From the NCBI GenBank assembly GCA_016280355.1, contig JAEEGO010000013.1:1-35077 (forward strand): a DNA stretch of 35,077 bases, in the 5' to 3' direction. The notes below the pieces were generated by a model. It searched no databases and had not been told where the DNA came from. It worked only from the letters and a program-made list of their open reading frames with translations. Source of the stretch: Lachnospiraceae bacterium. Lineage in GTDB: Bacteria; Bacillota; Clostridia; Lachnospirales; Lachnospiraceae. The position numbers and the translations under genes were made by a program. This document shows, piece after piece, positions 10,281 to 18,606 of this stretch (positions are counted from its first letter, which is position 1; each line of letters begins with the position of its first letter).

Positions 10281-11855
10281 TTACTGTCCCGCTGCCTTAT
10301 TCTCCGACTCCGAACCTGAAGGCTTGTTTGCTGTTGCCTCTTTCGATGCCTCTTCGGATGGTTTCTTAGATGCTTCCTCCTCGGATGCCTTCTTTGATGC
10401 CTCTGCTTCCGATGCAGCTTTACTTGCCGCTGCCTCCGATGCTGCCTTGCTTGCTGCAGCTTCAGACGCTGCCTTACTTGCTGCCGCATCTGATGCCGCC
10501 TTATTTGCCGCAGCTTCCGATGCTTCCTTGCTGGCTTTTTCCCTTGATGCCGCTTCGGACGCCTCCTTGCTGGCTGCTGCCTCCGATGCCGCTTTGCTTG
10601 CCGCTGCCTCTGATGCTGCCTTGGATTCTGAAGCATCACCTTCAAGCGACTCTTCTACCGTGCCATAGCCTGATGCCACACCTGTCCAGTACAGATAGAA
10701 GACATGATGACCTATGACGGTACCCTTTATTCCGGGCACTACAGTCCTGAAGAACAGACACTTTCCTATATTGTTGGCTCCGGCAAGTACCTCGTCCGCA
10801 GCCTTATAGCATGTTTCATTGGCGCCTTCCGCAAGTCTTATCGCAAGTCTTCCCGAACGCACCGGCTGGAACTGCATCGGCTGATACACCACGCCGGCTA
10901 TCGTATTGGGAAAGGCTGCACTTCTTACTCTGTTCATTATCACGGCCCCGACAGCTATCTTTCCGGCATACGGCTCTCCGCCGGCCTCACACTGTATGAT
11001 CGCCGCAAGCAGATCCCTGTCTCCGGATGCTATGGACACTTCGGAGAGGTCCCTGAACTCCATCTTCTCTGCTTTTTTTGCCAGCTCTTCCTCTTCCTTC
11101 AGCTTTGATTTCAGCTGGGATATGGTCTGCTGTCCGGCGAGCAGCTTTGCTTCATATGCCAGTGCTTCCTTTTCCTTTTCGGATATTGCTCCGGCATAGC
11201 TTACGAGACTGTCCTTGGTGCTGTCAGCCAGCTCCTGCAGATCCCCCGCTTCCTGCTCCGCTTCTTCGTAAAGCTCCTGAAGCTCTGCGTTTTCTTCCAT
11301 AAGGGCTTCCTTCTTTTTTGCCGCATCATCCTGCAGATTCTTGAACTTGACCAGCATCTTGTCGTCATAGTCATTCATCTTTGCTATGTATACGGCCTTA
11401 TTAAGGAAGTCTGCCATACCGCTTGAATTGAATAAAAGGTCGTATATGTTGTCAGCTCCGGATTCGTAGATCTTGCGTATACGCATCTTCACAAACCTGT
11501 ACTGCTCACTGGCCTGCTCCACGGCATTCTCGTATTCCTTTTCAACCTCAGATATATTGGCTTCTTTTTCCTCTATCTGATCCTGCAGATCGGACATCTG
11601 CTCCGATTTCTCGTCTATCTGTTCATTCAGATTATTCAGACTGTTCTGTATCGCTCTTTTGGAGTCCTTAAGCTGATTCAGAGTGCTCTGTGTCTCACCG
11701 AGCTGCTGCTTGGTATTCTGCTGTTCCTTCTCTGCTTCTTTGATCTTGTCGGTAGTACTGTTTGCATATGCCCCGGTCAGGCTGCCGGTCAAAGGTTCTG
11801 TCATGACAGCCAGCATCAGTGCCATACATATCAGCTTTCTGACTTTTTCTTTCAT
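10281..11855 (-). CDS. secreted cell wall hydrolase: signal peptide, long coiled coil (PcsB/CwlO-like), SleB/Hydrolase_2 domain and Ala-rich repeat tail
   Basis: N-terminal signal peptide ending AYA and ~230 aa of heptad-like sequence. I..EAGGE...GKIAVGAVIMNRV....FPNTI.GVVYQ..QF is the Hydrolase_2 motif. Confidence 0.88.
   Translation of the reverse strand: MKEKVRKLICMALMLAVMTEPLTGSLTGAYANSTTDKIKEAEKEQQNTKQQLGETQSTLNQLKDSKRAIQNSLNNLNEQIDEKSEQMSDLQDQIEEKEANISEVEKEYENAVEQASEQYRFVKMRIRKIYESGADNIYDLLFNSSGMADFLNKAVYIAKMNDYDDKMLVKFKNLQDDAAKKKEALMEENAELQELYEEAEQEAGDLQELADSTKDSLVSYAGAISEKEKEALAYEAKLLAGQQTISQLKSKLKEEEELAKKAEKMEFRDLSEVSIASGDRDLLAAIIQCEAGGEPYAGKIAVGAVIMNRVRSAAFPNTIAGVVYQPMQFQPVRSGRLAIRLAEGANETCYKAADEVLAGANNIGKCLFFRTVVPGIKGTVIGHHVFYLYWTGVASGYGTVEESLEGDASESKAASEAAASKAASEAAASKEASEAASREKASKEASEAAANKAASDAAASKAASEAAASKAASEAAASKAASEAEASKKASEEEASKKPSEEASKEATANKPSGSESENKAAGQ
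10345..10622 (-). repeat. in-frame 27-bp (9-aa) imperfect tandem repeat, consensus KAASEAAAS
   Basis: About 10 imperfect copies are visible in the translation, with synonymous variation between DNA copies. Confidence 0.9.
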
Positions 11856-12343
11856 AGATCTATGATAACCTTCCTTCCGCTCGGCTCATATCGTCTGTAT
11901 GAGATCCCCGCGGAATCAAACATTTTCTTCGATGCTATCGTAGACGGTGTTTCGGCATATTTATCAGACTCATATACCACCGTTCGTATACCGGTCTGTA
12001 TTATCGCTTTCGCACACTCGTTGCAGGGAAAGAGCGTCACGTAAAGAGCCGCGCCTTCAAGCCCTGTGGTCCCTCCCCTGAAGTTCAATATCGCATTGAG
12101 TTCGGCATGGGTCACATAGGTGTATTTTACGGAAAGTGCATCCCCTTCTCTTGCCCAGGGGTAATCGTCATCGCTGCACCCTCTCGGGAAGCCGTTGTAG
12201 CCCATGGACAATATCTTGTGGTCCGGGCTCACTATGCAGGCTCCCACCTGGGAATTGGGGTCTTTGGAGCGCCCGGCCGTAAGCTTGGCTACTCCCATAA
12301 AATACTCATCCCATGTGATATAGTCGTCTCTTTTATCTGTCAT
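11852..12343 (-). CDS. dCMP deaminase family protein
   Basis: WDEYFM, RSKDP..QVGA, GYNGFP, and the HAE and PCNEC zinc motifs. Confidence 0.93.
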   Translation of the reverse strand: MTDKRDDYITWDEYFMGVAKLTAGRSKDPNSQVGACIVSPDHKILSMGYNGFPRGCSDDDYPWAREGDALSVKYTYVTHAELNAILNFRGGTTGLEGAALYVTLFPCNECAKAIIQTGIRTVVYESDKYAETPSTIASKKMFDSAGISYRRYEPSGRKVIIDL

Positions 12344-12773
12344 TATCCTCTATACCCTTTATGCGTCTGACGTGTCTTTCTCCGCCTGAAAACTCCGTTT
12401 CCATGAAGATGTCCGTGATCTCTTCAGCCAGTCCGTATCCCACTATGTTGGCTCCGAGTGCAAGCACATTCGCGTCATTATGCAGTCTTGTCATCTTTGC
12501 CATAAGTCCGTTTGTACAGACAGCTGCCCTGATACCTTTCACTCTGTTGGCAGCTATGGAAATGCCGATCCCCGTGGTGCATATCACTATGCCTCTGTCA
12601 GCCCTGCCGTCTGCCACTTCGTATGCGACCTTGCGTCCATATTCCGGATAGTCCACTGAGTCCGTCGAATCACATCCGAAATCCGTTACCTCGTAGCCCT
12701 TCTCTTGCAGATGCGGTATCAGCTTCATCTTGAGCTCATATCCGCCGTGATCGCATGCTATCGCTATTTTCAT
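12333..12773 (-). CDS. rpiB: ribose-5-phosphate isomerase B
   Basis: DHGG..LK, VDYP, C.TG.G.SIAAN, HNDANVL.LG and RH.RRI. Confidence 0.95.
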   Translation of the reverse strand: MKIAIACDHGGYELKMKLIPHLQEKGYEVTDFGCDSTDSVDYPEYGRKVAYEVADGRADRGIVICTTGIGISIAANRVKGIRAAVCTNGLMAKMTRLHNDANVLALGANIVGYGLAEEITDIFMETEFSGGERHVRRIKGIEDNDR

Positions 12774-12822
12774 CTTATCTTCCTCCGTTTATCTTACAAC
12801 TGCCTGTGTGTAATATGTGTTC

Positions 12823-13881
12823 TTAAACTGTGATGATTCTGTGTCCTGCAGCCTTTTCCAGCCGGTTCATGATGGCCTGTCCGAGCTTCGGAGTCTCAAA
12901 GCACTCCGAATAAATGTATTCCACTTCCATATCGTCGAGTTTTCTGAGCACTGCAAAAAGTCTGTGGGCTATCTCATCCTCATCCTCTGACGATCCAATA
13001 TCCATCACGTTATCGCAGCTGTATCGACCTGCATTATCCGTGGATGAGATCACCGCCGCCTTCTTTCCGTTTTTCTTAAGCTCCTGCGTGAGGCTGTTTA
13101 TCTTCCGGATCACATCCGCCGCGTTTCCACGCACGAGAGTCAGCTCACCCTTCGGTGCATAGTGTCTGTATTTCATCCCCGGAGCCTTCGGGTGTATGCC
13201 TTCCGCCATGTCTGCTCCCGCAGATATGGCAGGATCCGCTGTCACCTGTCCCAGAGTATCCCGCAGACTCTCCAGACTGATATAACCCGGTCTTAAAAGA
13301 CAGGGTACATCTCCTGTCAGATCTACTATGGTCGACTCCAGGCCTATGCACACCTCTCCTCCGTCTATGATCATGTCGATCCTTCCGTCGAGATCTTCTA
13401 TGCAATGCCCGGCTGTGGTGCAGCTTGGTCTTCCCGAGCGGTTCGCCGAGGGCGCCGCTATGTATCCTCCCGCTGCCAGGATGAATTCCTGTGCAACAGG
13501 ATCCGCCGGGAACCTTACCGCTACGGTGTCCAGCCCTCCGGTAGTCTCATACGGCACAACATCTGCCTTTTCCATTATCATCGTAAGAGGCCCGGGCCAG
13601 TACTTTTCTGCAAGCTTTACGGCGGCTTTCGGTACCTTCTTTACTATATGATCAAGATCCTCCATCCTCGCGATATGCACTATCAGAGGATTGTCGGAAG
13701 GTCTGCCCTTTGCCTCGTAGATCTTTCTCGAAGCGTTCGGATCCAAAGCATTTCCTGCCAGTCCGTACACCGTTTCCGTAGGTATGGCCACGAGTCCGCC
13801 TTTTTTTATGATCTCACCGGCCTCCTCCATGACCCCGGCATCCTTTACCGGATCTCCGCAGGCCTTTACCACACGGGTCAC
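12823..13881 (-). CDS. tsaC: L-threonylcarbamoyladenylate synthase (Sua5-type, with C-terminal domain)
   Basis: PTETVYGL, KGRPSDNPLIVH, AAPSANRSG and APGMKYRHYAP. The start is taken as GTG 13881, overlapping the upstream TGA; the ORF track extends it to 13917. Confidence 0.94.
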   Translation of the reverse strand: MTRVVKACGDPVKDAGVMEEAGEIIKKGGLVAIPTETVYGLAGNALDPNASRKIYEAKGRPSDNPLIVHIARMEDLDHIVKKVPKAAVKLAEKYWPGPLTMIMEKADVVPYETTGGLDTVAVRFPADPVAQEFILAAGGYIAAPSANRSGRPSCTTAGHCIEDLDGRIDMIIDGGEVCIGLESTIVDLTGDVPCLLRPGYISLESLRDTLGQVTADPAISAGADMAEGIHPKAPGMKYRHYAPKGELTLVRGNAADVIRKINSLTQELKKNGKKAAVISSTDNAGRYSCDNVMDIGSSEDEDEIAHRLFAVLRKLDDMEVEYIYSECFETPKLGQAIMNRLEKAAGHRIITV

Positions 13882-15632
13882 ACGCCCGGAGGATAGTAAG
13901 TCGTGATCGTATCCCATATATCAGGTGTCTCCTGGGTCAGCTTCCAGCATCCTACTCCGCCCAGATCATGCGCTGTCATCACCGTCAGTTTGGATGCTAT
14001 GCTCTGAGCATCCTCAAGCCAGATACTGTACTGTACGCCGTCCCTTTCAAAGGATGCATAGTTCTGGCAGGTCTCTGCATCCCACACAGCCTGTATCCCC
14101 TTATCTGCGAGGAAGGTCTTTGCGTCGGCCATTCCCATACTCTCACATGACAGGGTTCCGTTCTCATATGACCATTTTCTCGTATAGAACGGGATCGCAT
14201 TGATCACCTGTGCTGCCGGTACCTCTTTAAGCGTATCCTCTATGCCCTGTGTGACAAACCCTATCGATGCGACAGACCCTGCCTCTGCCGAAGCGGCGGT
14301 ATGCTCGTCATAGCCCATTATTATCACATAGTCGGCGACTCTGCCCTGTATGTCTCTGCGATAAAAGTCCGTATAGTCCTGCGGTACATAGTTGTCTATC
14401 GACAATACCAGGCCCGTTGCTCTTGTCAGTATCGAAAGCTCCCTTAAGAACTGAGCAAGATCGTCACCTGTCTCTCCCGACAGCTGCTCGAAGTCTATGT
14501 TGATACCGTCAAGTCCGTACTCTGCGGCCTTTGTTATCAGCTCCTGCTCCAGGGCGAGCCTCGATGAAGTACGTGACAGGACTGCATTCGTATCTATCTG
14601 ATTCGTGAAGTTGTCTACGACTCCCCACACCTCATATCCCTTTTCATGGGCGAGTCCTACATAGGAAGCACTTCCCAGATCCGAAAGATGTCCGTCATTA
14701 TCTGCTATTGCAAACCACGTCGGCGCTATCACGTTCATTCCCCTGGTGTTCGCAGTTGCTTCCTTAAAGTAGGAGTTTGCATCCGCTACCGCCACATTGT
14801 GAAATCCCAGCACTATCTTATGAGGGCGCAGCAGCTTCTGATAGTTACTGTCTGCCTCGGCTCCTCCCGAAAGGGCCGGTGCCGCCTGTGTCTGTTTTCC
14901 CGACAGAGCTTCGGTCTCTATATATCCTTCTACCGCCTGGATACGTACCTTTGACCAGTCCGCACCTGCTTCTTCTATCTCAACGACATCATCCTTGTCC
15001 AGATCCATCAGTATGGGACTCTTTTTGTCTGCGGATACTCTGAGCTTCGCATCCTCCTGCAGACTGTCCTGTACCTTATTCTCTGCTGTCGTGTTTATCT
15101 CGATCCTTGATGGGTCCGAATAGATCTTGTATTCCAGAGGAACAAATCTGTTCAGGAATGCGAGTGAAATATATACCTCATCATTAACCAGATAATCGGA
15201 TCCTTTTGCTCCCTCTACTGTCTTTGTTGCACCTGTAACGAGCAGATGCTCTTCGGTGCTGTCGTAGTAGAAATTATCATAATAGCTGTTGGCCATACTC
15301 ATGGGGATATATACCGCATCACCCTGTATCAGCGCCTGTTCTTCGACTGCTTCACCGTCAGATATCAGCACGGTCTGGTCAGGAGACGTTACCCCAAAGT
15401 ACTCGTTCAGATCCTGATGTTCTCTTGAGCTGCCAAACTCCTCTGTAAGGACATTTAATAGAAGCACTGCAGCTATGGCTGCTACTACGAGAACTGCCAT
15501 TATAAGAGGCAGTTTACTGCTTTTCTTTTTCCTTCTTCTGTTGTTTCTGCTGTTATATCGGCGGGAATCCTCGCGTTCATATCTTCTCGCGCGTTCTCTT
15601 CTCTGCCTTGCAGCATCACGACCTTCTCGCAT
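13878..15632 (-). CDS. membrane-anchored glycoside hydrolase family 18 protein with SH3b domain
   Basis: Basic N-terminus plus one TM helix, an SH3b-like segment (LR...S.I...L...V.......WSKV....EGYI), then LDGINIDFE, IMGYDEH and IPFYTR. ATG 15632 follows GGAAGGT. Confidence 0.87.
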   Translation of the reverse strand: MREGRDAARQRRERARRYEREDSRRYNSRNNRRRKKKSSKLPLIMAVLVVAAIAAVLLLNVLTEEFGSSREHQDLNEYFGVTSPDQTVLISDGEAVEEQALIQGDAVYIPMSMANSYYDNFYYDSTEEHLLVTGATKTVEGAKGSDYLVNDEVYISLAFLNRFVPLEYKIYSDPSRIEINTTAENKVQDSLQEDAKLRVSADKKSPILMDLDKDDVVEIEEAGADWSKVRIQAVEGYIETEALSGKQTQAAPALSGGAEADSNYQKLLRPHKIVLGFHNVAVADANSYFKEATANTRGMNVIAPTWFAIADNDGHLSDLGSASYVGLAHEKGYEVWGVVDNFTNQIDTNAVLSRTSSRLALEQELITKAAEYGLDGINIDFEQLSGETGDDLAQFLRELSILTRATGLVLSIDNYVPQDYTDFYRRDIQGRVADYVIIMGYDEHTAASAEAGSVASIGFVTQGIEDTLKEVPAAQVINAIPFYTRKWSYENGTLSCESMGMADAKTFLADKGIQAVWDAETCQNYASFERDGVQYSIWLEDAQSIASKLTVMTAHDLGGVGCWKLTQETPDIWDTITTYYPPGV

Positions 15633-15686
15633 GCCACCTTCCTGAATATCAATAAGTTGTATTGTTAAAAAACACAATTACGATAT

Positions 15687-15715
15687 ATTGTATCACGTTT
15701 TATGTAACCTGTAAA
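15687..15715 (-). promoter_or_regulatory. sigma-A-type promoter for the GH18-sua5-rpiB operon
   Basis: On the - strand, TTTACA, a 17-nt spacer ending in TGa, then TACAAT (extended -10). Confidence 0.7.
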
Positions 15716-15717
15716 AT

Positions 15718-15804
15718 GATCCCCCGTCATATGCATGTCTTTTCTCCCTAAAAGCTTCGGGGCGCCTTTGTCAGGATACTGAAACCACACATGAGCGGGG
15801 GATC
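15718..15804 (-). other. 87-nt branched RNA structure downstream of the small ORF
   Basis: Minus-strand arms GAUCCCCCG-c-UCAUGUGUG and UGCAUAUGA-CGGGGGAUC pair, and the G-U pairs favour the - strand. Short internal hairpins (UCAG/CUGA; CCC/GGG). Confidence 0.6.
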
Positions 15805-15813
15805 CAGGAGATC

Positions 15814-16035
15814 TTACTTTACATGATCATACCGAATCTGGACCACATGGTTATTCTTGTCGGTGACATAGTCCGGCATATATACCTCATCCTCTTTCAC
15901 CATCATTATGTTTACTACTTCGCTTGGTGTACAAGGTTTATCCTCGAAATAGATGGGGATACCGTTTTTCTGATATCTGCCAAGCATCATCATGAGTTCA
16001 AATTGAGAATCATCATATCTCATGCCTAAGTCCAT
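15814..16035 (-). CDS. small hypothetical protein (73 aa)
   Basis: Purine-rich RBS (GGGAGAAGG) and a globular composition. The C-terminal E...YM.DYV.D.....I.YD pattern resembles small clostridial hypothetical proteins (from memory, unverified). Confidence 0.7.
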   Translation of the reverse strand: MDLGMRYDDSQFELMMMLGRYQKNGIPIYFEDKPCTPSEVVNIMMVKEDEVYMPDYVTDKNNHVVQIRYDHVK

Positions 16036-16122
16036 AAAAACCTTCTCCCTTCGTTGAAATCATCCGACCATATGGAGATCCTTTCCCGTGATATATCGCC
16101 TGTATGATCGCCTAAAGCCAAC

Positions 16123-16346
16123 GTAAAGTGATCAGATAAATGGATAAAAAACAGCTCTGAAATAAATGCATTGTCGTCTTGAATTTGAATGTCCAGGGAA
16201 GAATATTTTGATACGGCATGCCGTATTAGAAAAAGTGACGTCCCTTATCGGAACAGACGGGCGAAAAATGATCGATCACCCGAAATATTGATCCCTATTA
16301 TATAATCGGTCACCTCCTTTGTTCCGAAGATTTCCGATCACTTTAC
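16123..16346 (-). ncRNA. candidate ~225-nt multi-branch structured RNA (5' leader or sRNA), family unknown
   Basis: The 5' end GUAAAGUGAUCGGA pairs with the 3' end UCUGAUCACUUUAC. Nested arms are UCGGAACA/UGUUCCGA, AGGGA/UCCCU with a perfect AUACGGCAUGCCGUAU palindrome, and UGGA/UCCA. It begins at the predicted transcription start. Confidence 0.6.
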
Positions 16347-16354
16347 AATAAGGC

Positions 16355-16383
16355 ACTATAATCCTTGAAAGATCATAAATCAA
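16355..16383 (-). promoter_or_regulatory. sigma-A-type promoter for the structured RNA and small ORF
   Basis: On the - strand, TTGATT (16383-16378), a 17-nt spacer, then TATAGT (16360-16355). Confidence 0.7.
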
Positions 16384-16443
16384 TACATTTATCCAAATTT
16401 CTTCATTTTGTCGAAAACGTGAATACTGTGGATATCAGGTTTG

Positions 16444-16452
16444 TGGTAGAAT
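16444..16452 (+). promoter_or_regulatory. extended -10 promoter, probably producing a leaderless mRNA
   Basis: TGgTAGAAT lies 6 nt before ATG 16459, and there is no SD. Confidence 0.55.
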
Positions 16453-16458
16453 AAAGAA

Positions 16459-17460
16459 ATGGTCAGCGTGATAGTCCCGGTATACCGGGCAGAGAAAACA
16501 TTGGAAAGATGTGTCGGCTGCATACTGGCACAGGATTATAAAGATCTGGAGCTGATACTGATAGATGACGGCTCCGATGACGGCTCGCCCGCCCTATGTG
16601 ACTGGCTTGCAAAGGCCGACAGCAGGATACGCACGTTCCACGGAAGCAATACGGGTGCCGCCGGAGCCCGTAATAAAGGCATAGAACTGGCAAAAGGTGA
16701 GTGGATATGCTTCGTTGACAGCGATGACGTCCTGTCACCTGTATTCTTAAGCACTCTCATACGACAGCTTATAGATAACGACGCTGACATCGCGGTATGT
16801 GCACATGAAAAATGTCTTGAAAGCGACATCCCGGATGTACAGCATACAAAGCTTTTCTTTGATACCCATACCAGAAAGACCGCTACCCCTCCCGCCCTGT
16901 ATCACGGCCTTGACGGCCTTAAGGCCCTGCTTTACCAGCGAGGCTTTATCAGTGCTCCCTGGGGAATGATATCAGCCAGATCCCTGTGGAAGGATCTGAC
17001 TTTTCCCGTCGGGACTGCGGCAGAGGATATGGGTACGATATACAGGCTTTTTGCTGCCGCTTCCACAGTCTGCTACACCGACAGGATACTTTACGGATAT
17101 GTCCAGAGTGCCTGTAACACGGTATTTTCCACTTCATCGGAAAGAAATCCGGATTACTACATGCACAGTCATGATATGCTGGACTATGTCCGCTCTACAT
17201 ATCCCGATTGTACCAGGGCCGCTGAGAGCAGACACTTCTCCGCCTGCTTCCAGATCCTTTCCGAGACCTCACCCGAGCAAAAGGACAGCGAGCTTGTAAG
17301 AAAGATCTACGACGATATCAAAGCCCTCCGCAGGGATGTTTTGTTTGATAAGGAAGCCAGAAGGAGAAACCGTGCTGCCGCCTTTGCTGTTCATTTCAGC
17401 ATTCCGGCAATGCATCACCTTCTGTACCGCAAGTATAAGAAAGAGTATCCCCCCTCATGA
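16459..17460 (+). CDS. glycosyltransferase family 2
   Basis: VSVIVPVY, ELILIDDGS.D, N.G...ARN.G, FVDSDD and the ED motif. Confidence 0.95.
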   Translation: MVSVIVPVYRAEKTLERCVGCILAQDYKDLELILIDDGSDDGSPALCDWLAKADSRIRTFHGSNTGAAGARNKGIELAKGEWICFVDSDDVLSPVFLSTLIRQLIDNDADIAVCAHEKCLESDIPDVQHTKLFFDTHTRKTATPPALYHGLDGLKALLYQRGFISAPWGMISARSLWKDLTFPVGTAAEDMGTIYRLFAAASTVCYTDRILYGYVQSACNTVFSTSSERNPDYYMHSHDMLDYVRSTYPDCTRAAESRHFSACFQILSETSPEQKDSELVRKIYDDIKALRRDVLFDKEARRRNRAAAFAVHFSIPAMHHLLYRKYKKEYPPS

Positions 17461-18536
17461 CAAGAGTAACCCTTGCAGAGTATCAGGGACGTTGCGACAC
17501 ATCCCACCGTGCAGTCGGGCACGCTCCGAAGGTCCTTCGTGAATATATAGACCTTAATCGTTCTTCATGCGATCTGGATGTATATGCTCCCGAAGTCATA
17601 CTTCATGAAATAAAAGACATATCAGATATTCCCGTTCATACCCTTGACAGTCACATAGTGATGAAGAGCGGCAATTCAGTCTTTGAAAAGATAAGGAATA
17701 AGTTCCGCATGTTTTCAAATATCCGCCATGTACTGAAGCATTCCGATGCTGATATCGTATGGTTTTTCAATGTGGAGTTCTACCTTTTCCTTTATCTTGC
17801 CCTGACCGGAGCTCACGGAAGGCGTATCGTAGTCACCTTATTTCTTGACGGATATCATACGGGTGCTTTAGCCTCCCTGAAGCAGAAGATATTTGAGACA
17901 GGCCAGAAAAGAGTTTTCAGATGCATCTCTGCCGGTCCTTCCTTCTCGTTCAAAAACATGCCTTACAGCTTCATCCCGGACTATATCTATGACGGATCTG
18001 TATACGATAAGTACCGCACCATGGAAAAAGAAGACTATGTCGTATGTCTTGGCACCATGGACAGCGGCAAGCAGCTGGAAGATCTGGTAGCCGGCTTCTC
18101 CTCGATCTCATACAGACTTATCATAACCGGTCGTTTCTACGATAAAGAAAGGCTTGAAAGACTCAAGGCAGCCGCCACGGATAACATAGAGATATCAGAC
18201 TCCTATCCGTCCGCAGAAGAATATCTTTCTCTGATAGGACATGCACGATACACCGTTCTTCCTTATTCGAAAGAGAACTATTCTCATCAGACTTCCGGCG
18301 TGATGCAGGAAGCCCTGTTTACCGACAGCATAGTTCTGACATATGAAGATATCCTGGCCGGCAACAGTATACCGGGACTTGGCTTTACATCATACTCTGA
18401 TATCAAAGACTCTTTGCTGTCAGCCGATGGCAATCTGGAACGCAATGCCGGCATCCTGAAAAAATACGATGATCTGCGCCGTTCCACGTATGATCGTGAT
18501 ATTATCCGCGAAGGCTACAGGAGAGTTTTTGAATAG
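17457..18536 (+). CDS. probable GT-B fold (GT4-like) glycosyltransferase
   Basis: ATGA overlap with the GT2 gene. The C-terminal G.M...K, LPY......SGV..EAL pattern is typical of GT-B enzymes. Confidence 0.65.
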   Translation: MTRVTLAEYQGRCDTSHRAVGHAPKVLREYIDLNRSSCDLDVYAPEVILHEIKDISDIPVHTLDSHIVMKSGNSVFEKIRNKFRMFSNIRHVLKHSDADIVWFFNVEFYLFLYLALTGAHGRRIVVTLFLDGYHTGALASLKQKIFETGQKRVFRCISAGPSFSFKNMPYSFIPDYIYDGSVYDKYRTMEKEDYVVCLGTMDSGKQLEDLVAGFSSISYRLIITGRFYDKERLERLKAAATDNIEISDSYPSAEEYLSLIGHARYTVLPYSKENYSHQTSGVMQEALFTDSIVLTYEDILAGNSIPGLGFTSYSDIKDSLLSADGNLERNAGILKKYDDLRRSTYDRDIIREGYRRVFE

Positions 18537-18565
18537 TTGCTTTTTACATATGTCTATTGTAGAAT
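18537..18565 (+). promoter_or_regulatory. sigma-A-type promoter for ferredoxin
   Basis: TTGCTT, a 17-nt spacer, then TAGAAT, immediately after the upstream stop codon. Confidence 0.7.
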
Positions 18566-18606
18566 ATCTGAACAGAAAGCTCATGTTGTAAAAGGAGGAA
18601 ATATAA

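Noticed and set aside
10345-10622. Repeat as a CRISPR array
   Set aside because: The units are contiguous, degenerate and in-frame, with no unique spacers and no cas genes.
10139-10717. Arg/Gln-rich, Leu/Ala-rich and Pro-rich ORFs in several frames
   Set aside because: These are alternative-frame readings of the 27-bp coding repeat.
16123-16346. Inverted ends as an IS or MITE
   Set aside because: There is no transposase or obvious target duplication, the mismatches are G-U compatible on one strand, and the 5' end coincides with a promoter. An RNA structure fits better, though a genome-wide copy search is needed to exclude a MITE fully.
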